Below are positions 1 to 7,558 of a stretch of 64,000 nucleotides of DNA, piece by piece. Source of the stretch: Acidimicrobiaceae bacterium (lineage in GTDB: Bacteria; Actinomycetota; Acidimicrobiia; Acidimicrobiales; Aldehydirespiratoraceae). The stretch covers positions 66,997 through 130,996 of the forward strand of contig JAPOUM010000026.1 in NCBI GenBank assembly GCA_026708645.1, given 5' to 3'. The stretch's first letter is position 1, and each line of letters opens with the position of its first letter. A program made the position numbers and the translations under genes. Below the pieces are notes generated by a model. It did not search any database. It was not told the origin of the DNA and saw only the letters and a list, made by a program, of their open reading frames with translations.

Positions 1-500
1 AAGAACTCAGCCATCCGCCGCTCCATGCGGTCCGGCTCTTCAGCAGTGTTGTCCCACATCCGGCCCTCCATGAGCTCCCAGTCCACATAGTCGTCCAAGT
101 CCTGCAGGTCGTTTCCGTAGCGAGCGTTATGGAGAGCGGCGTTCCGGTCCGTGAAAACGAAGCCGAGGCGTCCCTCGTCGACCCTGTCGATGCTGGTGAC
201 GAGGTAGACGATCTCGTCCTGGCTGCCGCTGTAGGTTGGCACGCGTCCTCTTGAGACGGATCCGAGCATGGGAGATCGTGCGGCGAAGTAGAAGGGCACG
301 TAGTCGGCGACGCATCCGCCTGGCGGGAGAGGCACCTCGCGCTGCCAGCGGCGCTGCTTGATAGTGGCATGGCCTATCTCCGTCGGCATCTTCTGGTTCG
401 CCTTGATCTGCACATCGCTGAAAAGACCTTCCTCGGAGATCGACGCAAGGTTGGAGATATGGGTGCAGTGGTACAGAAGCCCCCGCTCGGGTGTGACCAA
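1..500 (-). CDS. darT: DarT-like ssDNA thymidine ADP-ribosyltransferase toxin (DUF4433); 3' end runs off the left edge
   Basis: Own minus-strand translation from TTG at 500 (in-frame TAG just upstream at 506-504): LVTPERGLLYHCTHISNL..PPGGCVADYVPFYFAARSPML..EIVYLVTS..GFVFTDRNA..VDWELM..RRMAEF. These match the DarT blocks YHxTHxxNL, DYVPFYFxxRSPML, FVFTDRxx and the catalytic AEF. Not in the ORF track because there is no stop inside the window. Confidence 0.85.
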   Translation of the reverse strand, partial: MVTPERGLLYHCTHISNLASISEEGLFSDVQIKANQKMPTEIGHATIKQRRWQREVPLPPGGCVADYVPFYFAARSPMLGSVSRGRVPTYSGSQDEIVYLVTSIDRVDEGRLGFVFTDRNAALHNARYGNDLQDLDDYVDWELMEGRMWDNTAEEPDRMERRMAEF

Positions 501-852
501 GGCCTAATCACCTCCGACTATGCGTACGTGGAACCGAGGAGACGTGCCTCAAACCGGTCACACGTTCCAGTTTGAGACGTGCTGAGGCAGGCGTCTCCGG
601 TGGAGGTGTGTCCATCGTAAAGACTCAAACTCATGTTCATAATATAGCTCTTCGTAAGGCCGACCCCCGATCATCGGCAGCTAGCTGTGACTAGCTGCGA
701 CGACCAAGTGCAACAATGTCTGAAAATAGTAATGATTATCTTTTAGGCAGGGCGTACCAACGAATCGCTCAGAGAGTCCATCCGGGCAGGCGCCACACCG
801 AATCCCTGGATGTTTAGCTGCGCAGCCGCCTCTCGCTTCTGACCGGCAGCTG

Positions 853-1407
853 TCAGGGCAGCATCCGCTGCATCACTACTACGTCTAGCCATTCGCCGAA
901 CTTGCGCCCGACTTCGCGCTCGATTCCCGCCTTCTCGAATCCCACGGCGGCGTGCAGCTGGATGGAGACGTCGTTGCCGGCGGCGATGCGCGCCAGCATC
1001 GTGTGGAACCCGCGGGCTTGCGCCAAAGCCACCAACTCCTGCATCAGTTTGCGTCCTATTCCACGGCCCTGCGCGGCGGCTTCCACGTAGACGCTCGACC
1101 CCACCGAGGTGCGATACGCAGCCCGTGGCCGGTATTCGCTCAGTGCCGAGAATCCCACCACCCGGCCGTTCGTCTCGGCCACCAGCACTCCGTGCGCCCC
1201 AACTCGCTTTCTCAGCCAGGCCTGCTGTTCGGCCAGGCTGCGGGGCACCAGATCGAAGGTGTGGGTGGTGTGCTCCACTTCGTGGTTGTAGATGCGCCGC
1301 AGCGCCTCGGCGTCGTCGACGGTGGCCAGCCTGACGACCACATCGTCTGAGTCGCCCGAGTCGTCCGGGTCTTCCGCCGAAGAGTGCGTCGCCTCCGGAG
1401 TGTCCAT
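853..1407 (-). CDS. GNAT N-acetyltransferase, phosphinothricin/methionine-sulfoximine acetyltransferase-like
   Basis: 184 aa. VRLATVDDAEALRRIYNHEV..THTFD, then the acetyl-CoA motif AQGRGIGRKLMQELV and FHTMLARIAAGNDVSIQLH..GF, typical of the PAT/MddA subfamily. Confidence 0.8.
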   Translation of the reverse strand: MDTPEATHSSAEDPDDSGDSDDVVVRLATVDDAEALRRIYNHEVEHTTHTFDLVPRSLAEQQAWLRKRVGAHGVLVAETNGRVVGFSALSEYRPRAAYRTSVGSSVYVEAAAQGRGIGRKLMQELVALAQARGFHTMLARIAAGNDVSIQLHAAVGFEKAGIEREVGRKFGEWLDVVVMQRMLP

Positions 1408-1674
1408 CCCACGAGGCTAAACGGCCGCCGCCCCACCGCAGCCGCGCGCCCCGTCCTTGCGCGGATTCGCCAGATGCTCCGTCCGTGTCGGCTGAACCAC
1501 ACATCCGAACCAGCCGCGCGCCTGCCAGATGACCGCGCCCGGCTGGCGCTGCCACGCGCGCCCAGTCTGCTGCAAGACGGCACTGCGACGCGCCCAATAA
1601 CCTCAACACCGACCCGAACCACCCCACGAAGCGCCGCAGCCGCCCATACTCAACCACGAACTCTCCCAACCCTC

Positions 1675-1746
1675 GCCCTCGTAGCTCAGTGGATAGAGCA
1701 TCGGTCTCCTAAACCGTGCGCGCAGGTTCGATTCCTGCCGGGGGCG
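1675..1746 (+). tRNA. tRNA-Arg (anticodon CCT)
   Basis: GCCCTCG acceptor pairs with CGGGGGC (one G-U). D-arm GCTCAGTGGATAGAGC, anticodon loop CTCCTAA, T-arm GCAGGTTCGATTCCTGC. CCA not encoded. Confidence 0.9.
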
Positions 1747-1884
1747 CAACCGGCTGCCAGGCGTCGGCAGGCGGCGCCGCCGCGCGCCGAGTCGTCAGCG
1801 TGGTACGCGGACAGCAGGGTCGCCCTGAGCCAGGAGCGAATTGCGGACATATTTCAGCTACCGGCCCAGCGGTAGCATCGGCTC

Positions 1885-3174
1885 GTGCGCCTCTACGACA
1901 CCGCACGCCGTTGCGTGGCGCCCTTCGAGGCGCCCTCGCCGCCCGAGCCGGTGCGCGTCTACGTCTGCGGCATCACCCCGTATGACAGCACTCACTTGGG
2001 GCACGCCAACACCTATCTCGCCTACGACCTGCTGACCCGCCGCCTCGAGGACCTCGGCCACACCGTCAAGCTGGTGCGCAACATCACTGACGTGGACGAC
2101 TCGATTCTTCCCAAAGCCCGTGAGCTCGGCGTTGACTTCCTGACGCTCGCCGCCGCCGAGACCGCTCGTTTCCACCGTGACATGGAGGCGCTGGGCACTC
2201 GGCCGCCCGCAGCCGAACCCCGAGCCACGCAGTGGGTGCCTCAGATGATCGATCTGATCGACGGTCTCGTCGCTGCGGGCCGCGCCTACACCGTCGAGGG
2301 CACCACCTGGTTCGATGTCGCGAGCTGGCCGGACTTCGGACGCCTCAGCGGCAGCGACCACAGCACTATGGTCGCCTTGGCCGCGGAGCGCGGCGGGACC
2401 CCTGACGACCCCCGCCAGCGCAACCCGCTCGACTTCGTGCTGTGGCAGCCGTCGGCGCCGGACGAACCAGTCTGGCAGTCGCCTTTCGGGCCGGGCCGCC
2501 CCGGCTGGCACATCGAGTGCAGCGCCATGGCCATGAGCCTGCTCGGCACCGAGATCGATCTGCACGGCGGCGGCAGCGACCTGATCTTCCCTCACCACGA
2601 ATGCGAGATGGCGCAGAGCGAGGCGGCTTCGTCGCAGCGCTTCGTCAAACACTGGATGCACTGCGGGATGGTCGCCTACGAAGGCGCCAAAATGTCGAAA
2701 TCGCTGGGGAACCTGGTGTTCGTCAGCGATCTCTGTGCGCGCAGCGATCCTGCTGCGGTGCGGCTGGCGCTGATGGGCCATCACTATCGAGACGACTGGG
2801 AATGGCACGACGACGACATCGCTGTCGGAGAAACTCTGCTCGACACGCTCAAACAAGCGGCGCGCGGCCACGGCGACCCCGCCGGATCCGAGCCTGCCCG
2901 AGACAGCGGCCCGTCGCCTGGCTCTGGATCGCGCCCGTCGCCTAGCGCCGATCCGGCACAGTACGCCCGTCGGCTGCGGGCCGCCCTCGACGACGATCTC
3001 GACGCCCCCCAGGCGAGATCGATCCTCTCTGAACTCGCTGACTCGATACTCCTCGGACGTCTCGACAAGACCGCGCCGGCGCTGCTGGCCGAACTGTGCG
3101 CACTCTGCGGCATCTCGCTGGCGCCTCACGCCCGGCTGGAGTCGACGGCGCTTAGTCGGCAGGTCTCGCAGTGA
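1885..3174 (+). CDS. mshC: Cysteine:1D-myo-inosityl 2-amino-2-deoxy-alpha-D-glucopyranoside ligase (mycothiol ligase MshC)
   Basis: 429 aa, GTG start. CGITPYDSTHLGHANTY (HIGH), [61 protein letters not shown]. Has the short C-terminus without a CysRS anticodon-binding domain, as in characterised MshC. Confidence 0.85.
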   Translation: MRLYDTARRCVAPFEAPSPPEPVRVYVCGITPYDSTHLGHANTYLAYDLLTRRLEDLGHTVKLVRNITDVDDSILPKARELGVDFLTLAAAETARFHRDMEALGTRPPAAEPRATQWVPQMIDLIDGLVAAGRAYTVEGTTWFDVASWPDFGRLSGSDHSTMVALAAERGGTPDDPRQRNPLDFVLWQPSAPDEPVWQSPFGPGRPGWHIECSAMAMSLLGTEIDLHGGGSDLIFPHHECEMAQSEAASSQRFVKHWMHCGMVAYEGAKMSKSLGNLVFVSDLCARSDPAAVRLALMGHHYRDDWEWHDDDIAVGETLLDTLKQAARGHGDPAGSEPARDSGPSPGSGSRPSPSADPAQYARRLRAALDDDLDAPQARSILSELADSILLGRLDKTAPALLAELCALCGISLAPHARLESTALSRQVSQ

Positions 3175-4637
3175 TCTCTCTGTACGACACGCTCACGGCG
3201 CAGGTCCGACCACTGCAGCTGCGCGAGCCGGGCAAGGCGTGTCTCTATGCCTGCGGTCCCACCGTCTATGACCATCCGCACCTCGGCCACGCCCGGTCAG
3301 CCATCACTTATGACGTGCTGCGCCGCTACCTGCAGTGGCGAGGCCTCGAGGTCTGCCATGTCGCCAACATCACCGACATAGACGACAAGATCATCGCCCG
3401 AGCCCGCGCCGAGGGCCGCACCGAGTCGGAGGTGGCCGCCGAATGGGAGGCCGTCTATCGCGATGTGATGGACCGCTTGGGCGTGCTGCGGCCCCACGAG
3501 CAGCCCCGAGCCACCGAATGGGTCGACGCCATGGTGTCCTTCATCGCCGCGATCATCGAATCCGACAAGGCCTACACCACGAGCACCGGCGTATATCTGC
3601 GGGTGCGCGCCGTCGACGGCTACGGCGACCTGGTGAAACGCGGCCTCGACGAGCTGCGGGCTTCCGCCGGCGCCAGAGTGGAAGTGGACGACGACAAGGA
3701 GGATCCCCTCGACTTCGCCCTCTGGAAGGCGGCCAAGCCAGGCGAGCCTTCGTGGGCGTCGCCGTGGGGTGAGGGCCGCCCCGGATGGCACATCGAATGC
3801 GCGGCCATGAGCCTGGGCATCCTCGGCGACGGCTTCGACATCCACGGCGGCGGCAACGACCTCGTTTTTCCGCATCACACCAACGAGCGCGCCGAGGCGC
3901 TGGCGGTCGGAAGGCCCTTCGCACGGCATTGGGTACACAACGCCATGCTCAACGTCGACGGCGCCAAGATGGGCAAGTCGCTGGGCAACTACCGCACCGT
4001 GGCAGAGATGCTCGACGAGGACCCGGACAACGCACGGGCGCTGAGACTGCTGGTGCTGCAGACCCACTATCGCAAGACCATGGAGGTCAATTCCGAACTG
4101 CTGGCCGCAGCCCGTTCAGCGCTGCAGCGCCTGGACGCTCTCGCCCGTCGCTTGGCAGCAGTCTCGCATCTAGCAGAAAACTCGCCCAGCCTCTCAGCAC
4201 CCGGACATTCCGAAGCACTCGGCGCCGATCTCGACGCCGGCGCCGCAGCTGATGTCGGAGGGCTCGCGTCCGGGCATTCGGCTGAAGAGATCGAGGCCCG
4301 GTTCCGTGTCGCGATGGACTATGACCTGGGGACGCCCGAAGCGGTGGCGGTGGTCTTCGACGCATTGCGCAAAGCCAACGCACAACTCGATGCGTCGCCC
4401 GCCGAAGGATGCGTCTCGGCGCGGCAGGTGATCGATTTGGCCGAGGCGTTGGGACTAGCCGCCGCCGGATCGCGCCCGACTGCCGATGCCCGCATCGAGG
4501 AGCTGGTCTCTCGACGCCAAGCGGCCAGGGAGAGCAAAGACTGGGCCGTCGCCGACGCCTTGCGCGAAGAATTGCGTTCGCTGGGCGTGACCGTCGAAGA
4601 CACTCCGGCGGGCCCCGTCTGGCGCCGTCTTGCTTGA
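3171..4637 (+). CDS. cysS: Cysteine--tRNA ligase
   Basis: 488 aa, GTG start overlapping the mshC stop (GTGA). [14 protein letters not shown] (HIGH), [31 protein letters not shown] (KMSKS), and a C-terminal DALR-like tail ..[18 protein letters not shown]. Confidence 0.93.
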   Translation: MISLYDTLTAQVRPLQLREPGKACLYACGPTVYDHPHLGHARSAITYDVLRRYLQWRGLEVCHVANITDIDDKIIARARAEGRTESEVAAEWEAVYRDVMDRLGVLRPHEQPRATEWVDAMVSFIAAIIESDKAYTTSTGVYLRVRAVDGYGDLVKRGLDELRASAGARVEVDDDKEDPLDFALWKAAKPGEPSWASPWGEGRPGWHIECAAMSLGILGDGFDIHGGGNDLVFPHHTNERAEALAVGRPFARHWVHNAMLNVDGAKMGKSLGNYRTVAEMLDEDPDNARALRLLVLQTHYRKTMEVNSELLAAARSALQRLDALARRLAAVSHLAENSPSLSAPGHSEALGADLDAGAAADVGGLASGHSAEEIEARFRVAMDYDLGTPEAVAVVFDALRKANAQLDASPAEGCVSARQVIDLAEALGLAAAGSRPTADARIEELVSRRQAARESKDWAVADALREELRSLGVTVEDTPAGPVWRRLA

Positions 4638-4806
4638 CCGGGCAGCGCAAGCAAGCAAGAGTCCGCGGCCAGCTGCGGCTACTGTGCGCGGCTGCCTGCG
4701 ACCGGGCTGCCAAGAGGTGCGACCCGATCCGGCTCGTCGCCCGGCAAGCTGTCTGACAGCGCGGCTGCATGCGACCGGGCTGTCAAGAGGTGCGACGAGC
4801 GGGCGC

Positions 4807-5196
4807 ATGAGACGACTCACCGAAACTGAGATCCTCGGCTATCACTTGGTGTCGCCCGCCACGGCCCGCCGGGCCAGGGTGCAGCGAGTGCCGTTTCTCG
4901 CGCCGGGCTTCTGCGGCATGACGCTGGGCCGTTTGATCTTGGTGCTGCGCGACGACGACCGCTCGGGAAGACGCGCGCTGCTAGCCCACGAACTAGTACA
5001 CGTCGAGCAGTGCGCCCGGCTGGGCGCGGCCCGCTTCCTGTGGAGCTACGTCGTCGAGTATGCCCGCAACCGCCGCCGAGGCAGCGGCCACCGACAGGCT
5101 TACGCGGCCGTCTCTTTCGAGGTAGAGGCCCGTGCCGCCGCCGCTCGATGGCGCACCCAATCGACGCGCGGCGCCACCGCCGAGAGCTCCGCCTGA
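4807..5196 (+). CDS. Small HExxH protein, DUF4157-like putative zinc metallopeptidase domain
   Basis: ATG at 4807 inside ORF 4630..5196. LLAHELVHVEQ matches the HExxHxxQ signature of DUF4157-type domains. No other recognisable domain. Confidence 0.5.
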   Translation: MRRLTETEILGYHLVSPATARRARVQRVPFLAPGFCGMTLGRLILVLRDDDRSGRRALLAHELVHVEQCARLGAARFLWSYVVEYARNRRRGSGHRQAYAAVSFEVEARAAAARWRTQSTRGATAESSA

Positions 5197-5300
5197 CCGA
5201 AAAGACTCGCCAGCGATCCTCGAACCGACCGGACTGCTAGCCCCAGTTATCCACAACCGGTAGGCTTGTGGTCAGGGGCGACGACGAAAGGTCGACAAAG

Positions 5301-7391
5301 ATGCGGATGATGAAAGACTGGCGCACGAGACGGGCGCTGCTAGCGACGACGGCTTTGACGGCGTCGCTGGTCGCAGTCGTTGCGTCGCCGTCATGGGCCG
5401 TGACCGACAGGGCCGACTACACCACGCCACTGTCGGCGTGCGTGGGCCCCGCTCTCGTCGACCGGGGGTTCTCCGATGTGTCGCCTGAGCATGCTTTCAA
5501 CGACGCCATCAACTGCATCGCCTACTACGGAGTGACCCGCGGCACCGGCGACGGCAGCACCTACTCCCCGGACAGGCCGGTGACCCGCGCCCAGATGGCG
5601 GTGTTCATGGCGCGTGCCGCCGAAGTGGCAGGCGCAGACCTCGACGACCCCGAGGGCGTAAGATTCACCGACCTCGGCGACACTTGGCCTGAAGCCGCCG
5701 ACTCCATCAACCGGCTGGCAGCCGCGAGGATCATCCCGTCGGGTCAGCAGTTCAGGCCTGCAGAAGACATCACCCGAGCCGAGATGGCCGCCTTCCTAGT
5801 CGGTCTTCTGATCGAGACCGCTCCCGCGGTGAGCAGGGACTCCCTGGGCACGATCCTGCTGGGAGAGAGCGGTTCTGTGGGCATGGCCGACGACTATTTC
5901 GGCGACGCTCGCAACGCCGAAACCTCAGCGCTCTACGAACTGGGCGTCACAAGAGGGTCGCGGCCCGCTGAAGTGCAGGACGACACGAATCCGCCGCTCG
6001 ACTACGACTACGAGCCTGAACGAAGCGTGACACGCGGCCAGATGGCGGCTTTCATCACCCGGGCGTTGGCGCACACTAGCGCTCGGCCTGTCGGGATCAC
6101 CGCTCAGTCCTATGGTTCGACAGTCGTGGTGTCGGTGCGCGACGACAAGTTCCGGCCTGCGCCGCCTGCCGCAGTCGACGTTTTCTGGGCGCCCGCGGCC
6201 CAAGCGGAGAGCGTGTTCTCGTCTGACGGCGCCTGCAGGCTCGCAGCTGTCACCCAGGCTGACGAATCCACTGACCCGTGCGAGATCGATCCGACCGATC
6301 CGACCACCCGCAAAGGCGACGCGACGCTCGCAGTGAGCGGTCTCCTGCGGATTCCCTCCGGCGGCGCCGTCGTCTGGGCGTGGACCGGGTCCTCAGGAGC
6401 GACCATCGCGCAAGGAGTCGAGCGTTACCGCCTCGATCTGGCCGAAAGCGACGAGGTGAACTACGCTGCCTCGGCACTGCTCACAGAGCCTCCGAACACC
6501 CGCAAGTTCCAGTTCGGCACTACTGCTAACTACCGGCTGCAGCTGCAAGACGACGCAGGAGCAGTCAGGAGAGGCGTCGACGGCGCCCACCCCGCACGCT
6601 GGCGCCTCAGCGTCAAAGCGCCCGGTGAGGACGCCGACGTGAGAACTCTGGTCACCAACTCACGCGGGCAGGTCGACTTCCCGATCACTCTGGACGACCC
6701 GAACCGCAGCGCGGCCAACGAAGTCACGGTCACATACACGCTCACCTCAGAGGACAATGCTCCGCTCGTCGTCGACGCCGAAGGCGCCCCGGCGAACACC
6801 GGCACTTTGATCTTCAGCGACGGAGCGCCCAGCATCGCTGACGGCAGCGCCACGGTCATCATCGACACCCGTGACTACGTTTACGTGTCGGGCGGATCGG
6901 CCTCCACAACCGTGACCGTGACAGTGCTCGACCAGTACGGACGCCCCTTCGCCGACGCCAAGGTCAAGCTCAACACCGGGGCGGAGTCGACAGTGAACAG
7001 CCGCGGCCGCCACTCGTTCCGCCACCAGTACAGCGGCGCCACCGGATTGGCGCAAACGCTGACTGTCGGGTACGGCGCTGACAGCGCGGACGCCGCCGAC
7101 GCGACAGCGACGCTTTATTGGGCTGTGGACGCCGGATCCACCAGCGGCGAAGACGCCTGGTCGGTCGTGGCCGGCAACGTGAACAGGCGACAGATCGTCG
7201 TAACCGACGACAGCGTCGCGCAGATCCTGATTTACGACGACAAAGACCGCTTCAACCTGCGCGGTCGGCCGACCACTCTCGAAGTCTTCGAGGCTGAGCT
7301 CGCTGAGGCTTTGGCGAGCGGCGCCGGCGGTTTCGAGCTCTCGTGGAGCAACTACCGGGCCAAATCCGTCGCGGAGATCTCGCTGAGCTGA
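5301..7391 (+). CDS. Secreted S-layer-homology (SLH) domain protein, paralogue 1
   Basis: ATG at 5301 gives signal peptide MRMMKDWRTRRALLATTALTASLVAVVASPSWA. Three SLH-like units follow (FSDVSPEHAFNDAINCIAYYGVTRGTGDGSTYSPDRPVTRAQMAVFMARA; FTDLGDTW..ITRAEMAAFLVGL; ..YEPERSVTRGQMAAFITRAL), then a long beta-rich C-terminal region. Confidence 0.8.
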   Translation: MRMMKDWRTRRALLATTALTASLVAVVASPSWAVTDRADYTTPLSACVGPALVDRGFSDVSPEHAFNDAINCIAYYGVTRGTGDGSTYSPDRPVTRAQMAVFMARAAEVAGADLDDPEGVRFTDLGDTWPEAADSINRLAAARIIPSGQQFRPAEDITRAEMAAFLVGLLIETAPAVSRDSLGTILLGESGSVGMADDYFGDARNAETSALYELGVTRGSRPAEVQDDTNPPLDYDYEPERSVTRGQMAAFITRALAHTSARPVGITAQSYGSTVVVSVRDDKFRPAPPAAVDVFWAPAAQAESVFSSDGACRLAAVTQADESTDPCEIDPTDPTTRKGDATLAVSGLLRIPSGGAVVWAWTGSSGATIAQGVERYRLDLAESDEVNYAASALLTEPPNTRKFQFGTTANYRLQLQDDAGAVRRGVDGAHPARWRLSVKAPGEDADVRTLVTNSRGQVDFPITLDDPNRSAANEVTVTYTLTSEDNAPLVVDAEGAPANTGTLIFSDGAPSIADGSATVIIDTRDYVYVSGGSASTTVTVTVLDQYGRPFADAKVKLNTGAESTVNSRGRHSFRHQYSGATGLAQTLTVGYGADSADAADATATLYWAVDAGSTSGEDAWSVVAGNVNRRQIVVTDDSVAQILIYDDKDRFNLRGRPTTLEVFEAELAEALASGAGGFELSWSNYRAKSVAEISLS

Positions 7392-7558
7392 TCCCCGGTC
7401 GCCACCGGGCTCGGCTCGCCGCTGCCCAGGATCGCAAGGAACTCATCGGGCAATCTGACAAACGAACCATAGTAGCAGCTCAGGGTTAGGCTTTCGGGGT
7501 TAGGCTTAATGCAGGCAAGCGCTGCTTAGGATGGCCACATTCGATCGAAAGGTCTCCA

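Noticed and set aside
743-1669. 308-aa minus-strand ORF spanning the GNAT gene and reaching toward the tRNA-Arg
   Set aside because: It is out of frame with the clearly recognisable GNAT ORF (853-1407), is Arg/Gly-rich with no motif, and its 5' end sits only a few nucleotides from the tRNA.
1858-3129. 423-aa ORF antisense to mshC, and similar long antisense ORFs at 3297-4067, 12995-14464, 14181-15851, 22320-23372, 29402-30955, 44021-46045 and 51691-53037
   Set aside because: Each lies opposite a gene with strong family-specific motifs and translates to Arg/Ala/Gly-rich sequence without motifs. These are typical shadow ORFs of high-G+C DNA.
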